Shown: one piece after another, positions 37,179 through 52,021 of the stretch | Layout of the letters: every line of letters begins with the position of its first letter | Position numbering within the stretch: position 1 is the stretch's first letter | From: Podarcis cretensis | Lineage: Eukaryota | DNA: 64,000 nt | Assembly: GCA_951804945.1 (NCBI GenBank) | Contig: OX638164.1 | Coordinates: 12,524,001-12,588,000, forward strand | Direction of reading: 5' to 3' | Notes under the pieces: generated by a model | What the model saw: only the letters and a program-made list of their open reading frames with translations | Told to the model about the DNA's origin: nothing | Databases searched by the model: none | Made by a program: the position numbers and the translations under genes

Positions 37179-38952
37179 TTAAGCAGCTTTCTGGGGATCA
37201 GCATTTCCATTCAAAATCTGTTGTCAGCGAAGCACTTTGAGAGAACTAGAGGAACATAATAAATAAAACAAGGAGCTGCAGTCACATCTGGTACTCCTAT
37301 GCATATGCAAAATGCAGTATTTTCTTTGCAGGTTCAAACTGCCGCCCTCTGCCCCCAGTTGAGAATTTTACAGTTCTGCTTTTTAATACTGTCTGCACTC
37401 TTTCCTTGAATCCTATATTTCCCGCGCAATCTGGTTTTTTAAAAAATGGTACAATGTAATGTATGGATGTGATGTGAGCTGCTTTAGGGACTCTGGTCAA
37501 GAGGTAGGGTGCACATCTAAGAAATATACTGATCCATGCTATCTAGCCAAGCACTGTCTCCTACATATGGGAGAGGCTCTCCAAGGTCTCCGGTGGGGGA
37601 AAGGCTTCCCTATCACCTCCCATGTGAGATCGTCTTAACTTATGGTGCCAAGGAATGAATCTGAAACTTTCTGCACGTGAAGCATGTGTCTCACCATTGT
37701 GCTTCGCCCTCTCAAACTTCTCTGAATCTCGAGATAATTTGGCAAAGTTCTCTAGCGCTGTAATCTTGCAACAAGGATTTATAACAATATTTCTGTGACC
37801 TATTTAAAAACATGTGGTTCCTTTCAACCCACCAGCAATGCAAAGAGTTATTAAAAAGCACAAATTGGCATGTTCTTTCTCACATTTCTTGAAAAAAAGA
37901 AAAAGAAAAATCTGCTAGATTTCAAAAGCAAAATATTATTCTGAATATAGCACAGTATTGCAGGCTGGAATAGGAAACGGACATAAGGAGGGGGAGGGAA
38001 CACTTGAAATATCTTGGTCACTCTCCAAGTTGGCATTATGACAAAATATCATTCTAATTTTTCCTTAAGCATGAATTCTCTCTTTTTAGAAAACTAGAGG
38101 CAGAAAAATCCTAAAATTTTGAAACCTGTTTTGTGCCATCACCCTTGATTAAAAAACGTACCATGGTATTCCTTTTCGGTGCTACAGGAACATGCTTCCT
38201 GCACTTAAGCTGTACGTGGATATGAGGAGGGTGCCTAAGGCAGAATACTTTAGGCTCCTGTCCCTTATGTCTCCAGGGCAGTAGGGACTGTTACTAGAGT
38301 TTGGGTGGTAAGTGGCAGCAACTTATGTTACCCCGAGGTATTTTGGCATCCGTGGCGGAAAAATCCAACTGGCATTCATCTCCCCCCCCCCATAAACAAT
38401 AAAGTTATCCCACAAAAGCCTTATTAAAATGAATGGGAGCTGCAAGTGAATCCCATCAGGACCAGTTCTGTGCGGTCTTTTTTTTCTGCTGCTCTTGACG
38501 GCACCCATCAGTTGCCCATCTGTTGCCTCATGGAAGAGACGCCTCTGCTTGCAATCCAGTAGTTGATTCACACCAATTCAGTTTTTATTCTCTGTTGTGC
38601 TACAATCCATTTTCTATTTTGTACACCAGTCTTATATACTCATAGGTGAGCAGTGCAAGAGTAATAATGTGAGCTGAAACGGGAAGAGTTCCCCTAGCCT
38701 AGGAGGACTCTATGAATGGGGTCTTCTCAGGGTCACAGAATCTAGGATCGGGAACAAATGCGTGGCATGGCTTGCAGTGGGGAGTGGCTCATTAGGGTAA
38801 GTGTGGCACTCAGCCTGTCCTTAGCTAGCCCCTCACTATCTTCTGACTTACAACCAGTCCAAGGGGTGACCCTGCCTGTCAGCTTCCTCCTGTGTTGCCC
38901 TTGTAGAATTCAGCAGGGAGGGAGGAGGCAGATGGGGACAAAACTAGAATTA

Positions 38953-39166
38953 CAGTGCTATCTCGGGTTACAAACACTTCGGGTTACGAGTTTTCAGGTT
39001 GCGGACCGCGGGAAACCTGGAAGTACCGGAAAGGGTTACTTCTGGGTTTCGCCGCTTGTGCATGCGCAGAAGCACCAAATCACGTCACACATGTGCGCAG
39101 ATGCAACGCTGAGGGTTGTGGACATGCCTCCGTCATGGATTACGTCCGCAATCCGAGGTTCCACTG
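38953..39166. mobile_element. Tc1/mariner-type MITE (related subfamily) nested in a hAT element
   Basis: TA|cagtgctatctcgggtta ... caatccgaggttccactg|TA. Confidence 0.85.
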
Positions 39167-39194
39167 TAGTTGGCTCGGCCTGTCATTAGCTCTG

Positions 39195-39208
39195 GCGCCA
39201 CCTACTGG
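39195..39208 (-). promoter_or_regulatory. CTCF core motif match inside the hAT element
   Basis: Minus strand CCAGTAGGTGGCGC fits the CTCF core consensus CCASYAGRKGGCRS. Confidence 0.45.
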
Positions 39209-41256
39209 TGGGCTTCCTGCCTTCTGCCCTCTCAGTCTCAATGAGCACCAGCCACCACTGATGGCTTGGCTTACGTAAATAATATTCAATGACATGCTCC
39301 ACAGGCTCCTTTAAGCACTGCGCACGTTCTCTGCTTTGTTAAATACACAGAAGCCCTATTCAAGGGCTCAGAATCACAGAATAATCCCTTGTATTTTATA
39401 ATGATGCTTTGAAATGCTGTAAGCCACCTTGAATCCCAACTTTGGAGAAAGGCGGTATAGAAATCTATGAAATAAATCATGAAATCTATGAAATAAATAA
39501 ACTTTAAAGTGTAAGCCTGTGGAGAAAAATCAACTTTTTTGCCCATTATTTTTATTGATTTTCCATATTTTTTAACAAAATGTCACCAAATTCAATAAAA
39601 ATTTAAAAGCTGACTTCCCACCCTCCCAAGAGAAAAATCAACAAGCATAAAATGTCTAGATGCCTCAGACTACTATTACTGAGATATATGTGTGTGCATG
39701 TGTATGTGTATATTTTCTTTACTGTTCAAAGGGCATCATATACTTCATCTCAATACTCCTTAGATGTACTACCCTCTAAAGCTGGTCACAGCAGTATTAT
39801 TCTCCTAATAAATGTTATTTTTCTAGTCCACTTTTTCTGTAAAATACACCTGAAGTAGCTTATAAAAATAACTTCCAAAGGAGTCATCTTTTGCAACACA
39901 TCCACAAAGAGCCTAGGACAACAAATTTATTACGGAATAAACTTTCACGGGCTTCACCAGATCCATGACACGCCACAACATCCACAAAAGCTTGTGCTGT
40001 AATAAATTCATTAGCCTCTTGGCTGTGAGTCCTGCAGGACCTGTTCCCTGCCTTGCAAGCCTTTTCCACATGGCCTGGCAGGGCAGGACCCGGACTGACT
40101 CCAGCTACAAAAATTGAACTGCTGAACAGTTTTTTTTGGGGTTAGGGTTCTGTTTGGGATTTTGGGGGGTAGGGGTAGTTGCTGTTGGGTTTTTGTATCT
40201 ATATTTCAGATCATGTTCTGATTTAGGCAGAAACTGTATTTTTAATGTTTTATTTGTTGTTTACAACTACTTTTGTTATGTTGTAGTTACGTATTCTTTT
40301 CATCTCATAAGCCGCCTTGAGCATGGCTTGAAATGTGGAAAGGTGGCACACAAATTAAAATAAGTATGTTAATATGTAAGATGCCACAAGACTCTTTGTT
40401 GTTCCCTTTAAAAATAAGGTATTCAGCGGTAAAGTGGAAAACTAACGCCAGAAAAGTCAGAACAGTGAGAATACAAAAACGGTACATATAGCAGCATGAA
40501 AAGTACCATGCTGCTTAATGGGAAAGCTTAAAAGCAGATGATCATTAAAACATTAAAAAGGTTTAATTTCTCATCTGCAAACAGAAAGGTAAGGGGCGCA
40601 TCAAATCTCTCCAGGGAGGGCAGCCTACAGTCATGGTGCCACTGCTAAAAAGGCAATGCCTATTTATACTCTCTATTTAGCTATTGTATACCAATTCCTT
40701 TTTAGCCCTTCCAAGGCAACTGATTAAATTAAGCCATAATAGAACAGGTCAAATACAAAATCCACAACAACTTCAGCCGATCACACTTGCTCATCTACAT
40801 TACAGCAAAGACGGGGCAGAGAGTAGGTCCTCTGCAGCTGATCTTAATACTCGGGTCCTATGGGAGAAGGTGTTTTCTACAGGGGAGGCTGAGAGATACA
40901 GAGGCCCTTGTTTCAGCGAGCTCTGGGTGAGAGAAAGTGGGTAGGGGGCACACTGGAAAAAGCCCAAGACTCAGGAGGCAGCCCATCAAAGTTAGTATCC
41001 TTTGAATTGCCTTTTGACCAACAATGCTGGCTTTTATTTGGTTCCAGCTCTATCTGCCGCTCTCTAAAACAGGCCTTACACTTCAATCTTATACAGGCTT
41101 GCTCAGAAGTAAGCACCATTGGACTCATGATGTGAGTGTGCTTACGACAGAAGTCTCAATTCAGCTTCTTTAAAAACAGATACCCAGAAAAGAAATGTAT
41201 TAATCTAGCAGTGTTTGGCATTTGACACTGCTTTGGAAGATACCTTTAGCATTGGA

Positions 41257-41304
<48 letters not shown>
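41257..41304. repeat. (ATT)n microsatellite
   Basis: Direct reading; source of the poly-Ile in ORF 41205..41558. Confidence 0.97.
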
Positions 41305-41306
<2 letters not shown>

Positions 41307-42519
41307 AAACAACTTGCTTAAGGCAACATGAGGGAGTTTGCAGCTGAGGGGTGATTTGAATTCAGAACTTCCTGGGCCCAAGCTCACCCCCACACCAATC
41401 TTCCATATTAACCTTTTGCTAGTTCTTGACTTGGAGAACAAGGAAGTGACAAGGAAGTGGGTATGGCTCAGAGCTGCATGGTGCCGTTTCTGTGTCTTAC
41501 TAAAAGCGGCTCGCAGCGTCCCATGCCCATTATTTTTGGCAGCACCTGAGCACTGCATTTCCTATTGATGACTCAGCTTGACGCAGAAGACAAGGCTTCA
41601 CAACCTCTGAATCCCCTCATAGCTGGTATAGGAATCCCTTGTCCTCTACCAAACTCTCATTTTTTTCCAGCTTTGTGACACACTCTGCAGATCTACACAT
41701 TTGACGACAGCATGCAGCACCCTTGTCATCTGTTCAAGACCAGAGCAGAAGAGAACATGGCTTGGATCACACATGCTTCCTAGAAGGATCAGTTTACACA
41801 CACACACACACACACCTTTCACACCAGTATTGCTTATGACTGACAACTGGGCGTCCAGTAACCCCAAAGTAATCAATCACTTTAGTGGCTATAAAAGCCA
41901 GAGTGGTATACCGGGATTAAATCAGGGTTTAAATCCCTGCTCAGCCATGAAATTCATTGGGCAACCTTGGCCCAGTCACTCACTCCCAGCCTTGTGGGGA
42001 TAAAATGGAATTCCCACGGCTGCCAACCTTGGAGAAAGGACAAGATACCAATACCAATAAGATCAACATAAATGATAATAAGGTTTAGCTCTGTTGTGAG
42101 GTAGGAGTTCTATTTGAAGGAGACAAGTTAGTACAGCAGTAGAATTAGAAGGGAGCGGGGGAGAAGCAAGTGCTCTTGATGCTAACCCATGGTTTGTTTT
42201 ATACTTACTGCCCCAATGCAGATGAAACACTGGCTACCTGAAAACCATGGTTCACAAATCAGGAGTCAACCTCAGGAATGCACATTTCGCTCTCTCACTC
42301 TCTTTCCCCCCCACCTAAATTTAGGTTAGGAATTCCTTTCTTCCATGTTAACATGATACCATGTTTCATGTACACTGATACGATGCTAACCAGGTTTGTC
42401 CCTATAATGAGGACTTGCAGATCCATTCCAAACGATGCTATCAAGATCTGATTGTGAGTGTATTTATTATAATTAAGCTCCATCATGGTTTGGTCCACAC
42501 GCAACACAAAATCATGTTA

Positions 42520-42882
<363 letters not shown>

Positions 42883-43719
42883 TCAGGGGAGGGTGGTTCC
42901 GACAATCGTGGCTGTGAGATGCAACAAGAACTGCCTTGTGCTAACCAGGGGCTCGGGAGGAAGGAGATGGGGAGTGGGGGCAGAAGTGAAATCAAGCAGT
43001 TCAAACAAAAAACAAAAACCCCAGGTCTGTTCAGAGCAGCTGGCTACTTTGGAAAGGAAGCAAGGCAGGCTGGTTGGTTAATGAAGATTACCGCTACACT
43101 CAGAAAGGAGATTAGAAAGATATAAATAAACATCTAAAAAGGTACAAAAAGATGAAGACGGGTCAGTAATCCTTGGAAGAGCCCAAAGGAGGAGAACACA
43201 GTACGAGGTGCCACACCACTCCCTGGCAACAAAGGGAAGCTCTGGGTGATCTTTTGCAACTTGCTGTCATTCCGCTCTCCTTTTCTCAAAAACCTCTGTC
43301 AAATGAAATCACGCCAATCAGAAATGAATGCAGCTTCATTTTAGGAAGGGTGGGAAAGCTCATTTTGCAATACTGTACTGTTGTGTAGCAGCACCAGTGA
43401 GGTCCTCTGCCCAAAATACTCTTGAAGGGTGGGTGGGTTTTCAGATTGGCACATGATGCTAAGTAGGGGGAAACCAGATGCACCATAAGCAACAAATGAA
43501 ATACAAGCGCTGGCAGAGGAGTGGAAGAACATCCTCATCTTTATCCTGGGTTTACAGCTAGTCATTCCCAGCAGCCAGCTTTTTGATACTCTTTATTTTC
43601 TCTAAAAATGAAAAATTTTTCAAAATCATAGTTGGGATTGGCCATGATGTGGCATGAGAGGGAGCTCAGAAGGAGGAAACCTGACTTCTCACTTTAGCCA
43701 CTGGAATTCCAAACTTTAA

Positions 43720-43855
43720 CAGGCATCCCCAACCTTCGCCCCTCCAGATGTTTTGGACTACAATTCCTATCATCCCTGACCACTGGTCCTGTTAGCTACG
43801 GATCATGGGAGTTGTAGGCCAAAACATCTGGAGGGCCACAGGTTGGGGGTGTCTG
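43720..43855. mobile_element. Palindromic hAT-like MITE of the ccagatgtt...actacaactccc family (best-preserved copy)
   Basis: Near-perfect hairpin caggcatccccaacct...aggttgggggtgtctg, with ctttaa on both flanks; degraded relatives near 1692-1802, 2217-2332, 3100-3202, 12838-12975, 25310-25375, 28505-28590, 30715-30980, 57830-57905 and 58290-58390. Confidence 0.8.
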
Positions 43856-43874
43856 CTTTAAAATATCCATTGAG

Positions 43875-44300
43875 TTCCCTTCTTCTCCTTCCATGGTTCA
43901 TATTACATACCATACTTTCCTGCATATTTTACTATAACCATTCAAATCAATTTTCCACTTTCACATCAATCAAATATTGTTTACTCTGATGAATTTATCT
44001 TAATGCTGCCAGTGTTTTCAGCTGTGTACAATTATTTTCTATATATTCAATAAATATTTTCCACACTTCTTTAAATATATGCTTTTCTTGCTCTCTTAAT
44101 CTGTGTGTCACACCTGCAAGTTCTGCATATTCTAACATCTCCAATCCTCTTTACAAGGGACCTCACTCACTTTCCGTTTTGGGGCCAACAGAACGCGGGC
44201 CACTGTTGTTGCATATATAAGTAAACTTGTCTGGCACCTGGGAATTTCTGTCTGGGTTATTCCCAACAAAAAGGACTCTGGTTTAAGTCTGATTTTCAAG
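43875..44300 (-). mobile_element. L1/Tx1-like LINE ORF2 C-terminal fragment
   Basis: Minus-strand remnant PESFLLGITQTEIPRCQTSLLIYATTVARVLLAP...EDW...WKIFIEYIE; same type as 24183-24539. Confidence 0.7.
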
Positions 44301-47300
44301 GACACAAGGAAGGCCCTTACTCACGTAAACTTTCTGCACATGCACCTTCACATGAACTGGCCCATTTACATGTTTTATGCAAGATAAGGCTATCAAGGGC
44401 TAATAGTCATGATGGCAATATCCCTTCCAGGAACAGAGAGAGAGCTTGCCTTAGAATACCAATCCACAGTATGACTGGGTGTGCATATAAAGCTGACTCA
44501 GCTACACTTACTGCACTGGACCAGGAAGTTTGTGAGTTGACTGATTTCACTCATATCCTTAAATGCAACTGACGGGGCATGTGCACAAAGCTTGCACAGG
44601 TAAGCGCTTGTTTAAAGGTCTCATTCCTGCAGTTAGGATGGCACTGCAATGGGGGGGGGAACCTCCCCCCCATTCCCTAACACCACTGACAGGTGGACCC
44701 TTCTCCTTCCAACACTCCTCTTTCCTGAAAACAAGAGCTTGTTTTGGGGCAGGGCAGCTCTTCACTCCTTCCCTTCCCATCAAATATTAGCTTGCACCCA
44801 GTAACAGGATGCTTATCATTCTTATAACCACAGTTGTTATTTGTACAGGCTAGTGCACAGATCAACACCCTTAGATTAGATTTGCCTCAGTGATAAGGCA
44901 CATGCTTTGCTTGCAGAAAGTCCCAGTTTAGCCTCTTGCATCTCCAGCTAGGGCCAGGAAGGATCTCTGTTTGAAAACCTGGAGATCAGTGTGCACAATA
45001 TTGAGCTAGAAGGACCAATGGTCGGACTTGGGATAAGGCAGCGTCCTATGTTCCTGTCATTTCGCTTCCAGCATTGATGCCCTTGTAGTTTTTCCAAGCT
45101 TTGGCATCAGAAAATGCTTCTTAAAGTCTAGATTTGTGTTTTAAAAAATAGAATAAAAAATCAGGAAGTGGGTTCCATAATGCACCTTGGGGGCCAGCTG
45201 AATTAACCATGTGTGTTAGGGAGATCAGGTTAGGTTCTTCATCTTGCCCCATTGGCAGGTGAACTATGTGATACAGTGAAGCAGGAAAGGGTCTTTGTCA
45301 TGGTGGAGCCACATCGTCACTTCTTTGCCCAAGCTTTTTGGGAAGTTTGAGGAACAGCACTATTCGCTGTCCGAGTTTGCTGTCTGTTATATTATTATGT
45401 CTGAGTTTGCAGTTTGCATTTGACTTTTAAAACTGTTTTTATAGTAACTGGTGTGTCTGACCTGGATAGCGTGATTTGCTTTATGTTCGTTTTATGCCGT
45501 AATCCACTCTGGGATCATTCAGAATCGAGGGAGGGCTTATAAATCAAATCAAATCAAATAAACAAGTGCATAGCTTTAGGCACTTATCTTTTTTTAGCCC
45601 CCCAATTTCCCAATTGAGCTCACTGGGGGAGTCCTTGGGCCAGTCATTCTCTCTTAGCCTTCTCTTTCTTTCAGAGAAGAAGTGGTCGTTTCCTCTCTTT
45701 TTTTGGATGGGGGGGGGGGGGAGGAAAACCCATGTATGTGCACCCCCTTGACCCACCTTGGAGGAATGACATAATTCATGACTTGGTTGCAGCTAAAGCC
45801 AGGAAATAAATGTGTTCATTCGAAGAAAAGATGTCATGAATTTGAAGATTTTATCTTTCATTGGAACAGAGTTTGTGGATTTTAGATAATTTGTTTGATT
45901 TCTCACACATACTACCTGGGCCTTTCCCTCTGACAGTCACAAGCCTGAAAAGGTTGGAGAAAAGTAGCCCCCCCCCCCAACCCCGCAACTAGCTTTCTGG
46001 GATCTTTCCCAGCACTGCTGCCAAAGATCCCTTTAGCTAAAAGATCTAATGCCTTATCAATGCCTTTTAGTGAGCCAGGCAATTGCCCCATCTAGCTCTA
46101 CTTTGGTGGGCAGTGGCTGCCCAGCGGCTCAGTCTTTTTAGCTAGGTGCATTTTGAACCTGGGACTTCATGCATGCGCAGCCTGTGATGTACCATAGGAT
46201 CTGGCCCCTCTCCACATAGTGATGACGACACACGGTACATTTCCCCCACGCCTCCTGTTGACAGCCGGAGATGGGAGGGGTGGGGAAATGCTCAGCCCAA
46301 TGTCATCACCTTGTGTCACATACTGTTAGTACGGGAGCCATTACCAGGAAAAGAAGGGGGTGAGGGTGAGCGAGAGAAACGTGAAATAGTGGCATCTCTC
46401 TCTCAACAAATGCAACCATTTGCAGAGAAGAGGCACAAAGAGAACATTTAGCAAAGGTGTGTTATTTCAGTGGATTTTACAGAGAACCTGGTAGCGGAGG
46501 GAGACAGGATGACAATAACTGTCTCAGTATTGTTTGGGCTCCTGAAGAGTTTTGCATCAACCCTTCTGTTAATGAAGATCAATAGCCATCCTCTCCCCAT
46601 CCCCAACAGTTTTGCTTTGCGCTTTGGCATCTTAAAATGTCTTACACAATTCTAATTATTTTACATTCTATGAATCTGCTTGGTCCGGAAGCAGAGGGCA
46701 AGAGTTTACTGTGGCACAATTAGGCCTGTATTGAGAGTGGGGTGGATACTTGTGGGTCTGACTTGGGGAACCTGCAGAGAGGGCTGGACCAGATTTCCCT
46801 TGACCATAAATTCTGCTGAGAATTCAGAGTTTTGAAAGCGGTAAAACTTCTCACTCGCATTCATTCAGGTTTTATCGAATGAGTGCGGAGTCATGGAATC
46901 ACTACAATGAAAATGAACCACTTTGATAAATACACACTCAAGGATGGTACAGCAAAAGATAGCTGTTTCTGCTATGCCGGGAACACCACGTTTTCCAAGT
47001 TCTGCACACTTAAGATACTTAAAGAAACAAAAACCTATTTCATTGATACCCAATGAATCAGAGTGGGCCCAAAGGTTGGGGCGCCTGAGTTAAAACATCA
47101 AAATGGACTATCCCACACACTAATAAACACAGGGCGCAATTCATGGGGATGCTCTCCTGCGTTGGCCCATGGAAACAGATGGCAATGGGAACCATTTATT
47201 GTATGGGGCCAGCACAGGCAAACATAACCACTGGATCATACTGTCCCAACTTCCACTCTGCCACTTCTCTGACACTGTCCATTCAAAGAATAATTGGCTT

Positions 47301-47415
47301 AAGAGGTGAAAGCCGAATGGACCTCTTCAACCACCAGATGAAGGAAGTCCTGTTGACAGGGCCTCCCATCTACCAAGAACAGACATGGAAAGGAAAGCCA
47401 GTGGCTAATGCCTCA

Positions 47416-48291
<876 letters not shown>

Positions 48292-48731
48292 TTAATAAGC
48301 CAAACAAGGCCCCCAAGACAAACAACATGCATTTCATGTTTGCACCTTTCTTGTATGTTGCAGCCTGGAGAATCCCCCTTTCACACATTAACATTTGAAC
48401 AATGACATGAAGTGCAGTTATACAATTTTTTAAAAAATAATAGTAATTTCACTGACACAGGAAAAAAATATATTCCCTTTAGTATCCCCTCTCCCATTCA
48501 AGTTGTCTTGTCCCCAGAACAGACCCTTGTTGAACCCAAATGCAGCAAACATTTATAAATGCCAGATGAAACTCGGATTGGAGAAATCATTGCTCGAATA
48601 ATGCCAAAGAATAGTTGAGACGCTACTGGGAAAATGCAACAACCACCTGGGTGCCCAATTTATACAGTTGTCACCAGCTGCGAAAACCCAAACTAAAGAA
48701 GCACCTGGAAATTCCACAAATCCACTGAGCC

Positions 48732-48734
<3 letters not shown>

Positions 48735-48765
<31 letters not shown>
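48735..48765. repeat. (AT)n microsatellite in intron 14
   Basis: Direct reading. Confidence 0.95.
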
Positions 48766-48767
<2 letters not shown>

Positions 48768-49267
48768 CATGTGCAACATCCCCTGCCTCTGAGAAAAGCA
48801 AACAAGAAAAGGAAATGCACCACCTCTGGAAATAAAAGAACAGGGATTCAAACTGACATGCTAGCTAAGTATATGAGACAGGCTCACTTTTGGAATCCAC
48901 TTTGATTTATGTTTGGGGAAGGGTGGGGGAAATTAGCACCAATGTCAGGTTTGTGACCGAAATGGAAGACAGACTCTGACGCTGCTCCTCACAACATTCG
49001 GAAACATTTCTCCTTCCTAACACTTTGGACCGTCTCTGAGGTCTCGAAGTCTTATTCTATTATCTACAGTATAAAGGGTGCAGGGAGGCGGCGGCGGGGA
49101 GATGAAACACGATTCAAAGTTCTTGCTCTCCATTACTCTTTCTGTCATGCAGCCCAAGGCTTGGGCTCAGGCCCCCTTCCCCATCCTCACCCTCGAATCA
49201 GCAAACAAAGACTCGCAGCCTGAGAAACACGTTTGTTCCCCCCCTCCGCCCCCGCCAATCCACTTAC

Positions 49268-49367
49268 CGCTCAGGTCACTGTTTGTGATACGGAGCGTGG
49301 CGTTCTCCGATTGTAGCAGGCGGTTCTTTTCCAGCAGCAGGACTTCCAGCGGTTTGGATGCAGCATC
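49268..49367 (-). CDS. CUX1: CUX1 exon ~14 (100 nt): [33 protein letters not shown](G); last exon shared with the CASP isoform
   Basis: ctccatag|GATGCT...AGCG|gtaagt; the CUX1/CASP branch after this exon is established for mammalian CUX1. Confidence 0.96.
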
Positions 49368-51972
49368 CTATGGAGAGACGGAAGAAGGGTTAGGCGCCAG
49401 AGAGCCTGAGAATTGCACCTCAGGGTGGAGTTCACGAGGGCGCTGATGTGGCTCGGCCAGCAACCTAGAATTTGTCATCTGCATTTTGGCACATCTGCTA
49501 CAACTCCCTAGTCTATGGTCGCGAAACTGCTTGGTGTTCTGGTGCAGGCTGCTTATCAGCTCCAGAGATGTATTTTTAAGTGCTCCATTAATCATTTTCC
49601 TTTCTTTTTTTTACACCTGTTTGCCTTCAGACGCAGCACTATCGCAGCGTATCTTCCCTGAAACACTGCGTCTCGGCGCTATGGAGAAAATGGACAAATT
49701 AAATCAGTCACAAACACCGACCCTTCCCCTTTCCCCACACGCAACTCTCAATCATCGAAACCCACTGGAAATAATAAAACGCCTGGCACACAGGGAAGCG
49801 GCTTCAACTTTGCACTAAAGATGCCAGAATCCAATTTGTAACCTTTGATCCTACAAGATTAATATGTGACGACACCACAGGCTTTGGATGCTTCCCTCCC
49901 ACCCCCACCCCCCACTACCCAAAGGTTTCTTTGTTCAATGTAGTTCAATTGTGCATTTGAAGGAGGTCTGAAAACGGGAAAATTGTCTCATTGTGAATTT
50001 CTCTTTGAAGATCCAGATGGAAAACATTCTTCCTATGTGATGACACCTCCTAACTGGAGGTCCAGGCGGGGACCCTTCCAGGCCAATGCCTCCTGTCCAG
50101 GGGGAAGGATCCAAACCAACCACGCCTGTAGTCAGCGAAAGCTGAGCTCTCAGGCTTGCTTCCTTTAGGCCTCTTCTGTCCCCCCCACCCCCACCCCCGT
50201 TCCTTGTGCTCCTGCTGTGTGACATTGGCTTTTTCTTTGTCTCCTCTCTTGTTCCGTTGCTTCTTAGCTGAGCTGTGGGCACATGTTTGGTCTTTCCCCT
50301 GCCCACTGCACCCCCCTCCTTCTGTGATTCCCAGTGTGGTTCCCTTTTGGGGCAGTTGGGGTTGGCATCGAAGGAGGGCCAGTGAATTTGGGGTCCTCTC
50401 TTCCTGTGTGGGAGGGTATTTTTGAGGCGCTTCGGCGCATCCTGCAAAGAACCGTGATCAAGCAGGAGCACCATTTTGAGTGGATTTGATGGTTTGTCTG
50501 GCTTTGTTTTTCTCGCTGGCAGGGCCACAGTAACCCCCCGCCCCCAAACGGTGGTCAGTCATCAGCTCCTGGGAGTCACAAGTGGATCCACTGCAGGTCA
50601 ATGCAGTTGACCCATAATGGGTTTTGCAAGGGCATAAGGCTTTTGTGCCAAAGCGGGAACATTTCTGGGTTAATTAGGGTGGGCCCATTCAGCCTTCCAA
50701 ACTGCATCAAGGGCATATGGGAAAGAGGCAGTGAAGGGCTTGTCAGAAGACACAGGAAAAGGCTGCTTAGCCCCCGCAGCCAGTGATGGAGAGGCTTGGA
50801 CGTGAACAGGCAGTTCCTCAAGCAGCCATTTTGGAACCCCCTTGGGATTTAGCCAAAATTGCTGGAAAAAAACTCAACAGCAAATAATTTAGAGCAAGAC
50901 TGGGCTACCCACTCCTACTCAGACAGCTCTCCTTCCTTCTGCTGGGAAGGGAAGAAAAGGCGTCAATATCACATAGGAGCAATGTATGTATTCCATTTGG
51001 ATCTGGCAAATTTAGGATTTGAGTTACCACTTCAATAGGCACTTCAAGAATCAGTATGGTGTAGTGAGGAATGTGTTGGCCATAGACCAGGGAGATCTGG
51101 GTTTATATCCCCAAATAGTGGATATGATAGCTGCATTTTCACACACTTGTGGAGACAGAAGAGAATTGCGTGTGTGCATCTTGCAGCCCTGGTAGATTTT
51201 GTTGACTGACTATTGACACTTTGCTTCCAGATTTTTCAACTCTACGTCATGGTCCCCATTTTCCACCCTGAATAAAATCATATCTGTTCATTTTCTCCCT
51301 TCTGAACTATTAAATGTTTGTATTATTGAACATCTTCATCATCTGTCACTATCTGCAGCTCACTTTAAAATATAGCAATACGCACAGACCTTTTGCTCAG
51401 GAATTACTATAATTCCTTCATAAGGCAGCGGCTCATCACCTCTATCATCACATCAAAAGTGGTTTACAATAGAAATAAAAATAATTTTAAAAAGCAAGCA
51501 ATGGAATAATTAAAGCAGCCACCATAACAAGCACATCAGATTAATAAAACAGAGCAGGCAGTTAAAAGAACAAGTGAAACAAGAACAGCAGCCATGAACC
51601 ACTCATTAAAACCCCTGGTCTAAGATAAAAAGGTATAACTTGTCCTCTGAAAGACAAAAGAGCTGGTGTCACACGCTTGCAATGCTGGCTCTCTTTAGCT
51701 CCTTCTGTTATTTCATTTTTTCTCACTTGAGAGTTAGAGGGTTTAAGTGCTGGAAATGCAAACTGGCAGGCATGCTCAAGACCACACACAGTTAATTCCC
51801 TGACTGAGCAAGGTTTGAACCCGGATCTTCCACGTCAAAGTTCTTTACCCAAAAAAGCCCCATGGACTCTTAGTGTGTCAGACACAATGTTTCTCAATCC
51901 AAGTTGGCATTCAGAAGTGACCTCCCCACCCTCAGCTCTGCTTGCCCAGAAATCCAAAAGCAGTCCTGTTAC

Positions 51973-52021
51973 CTGTGTGCTGGAGCCATCAGAGGGTGCA
52001 AACTCCATGGACTTCAAGATG
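51973..52021 (-). CDS. CUX1: CUX1 exon ~13 (49 nt): ILKSMEFAPSDGSSTQ
   Basis: ttgcag|CATCTTG...ACACAG|gtaaca; overlaps ORF 51835..52017. Confidence 0.95.

Larger units (their letters stand above)
38775..39260. mobile_element. Non-autonomous hAT-type element
   Basis: CAGTGG...CCACTG termini with a perfect 8-bp TSD atggcttg at 38767-38774 and 39261-39268. Confidence 0.85.

Noticed and set aside
39460-39498. Direct repeat gaaatctatgaaataaat x2
   Set aside because: Simple slippage duplication in the A-rich tail of an old retroposon.
49935-50528. 197-aa minus-strand ORF as an extra CUX1 exon or nested gene
   Set aside because: Low-complexity product from GC-rich DNA with no similarity I recognise; exons 13 and 14 already join in frame.
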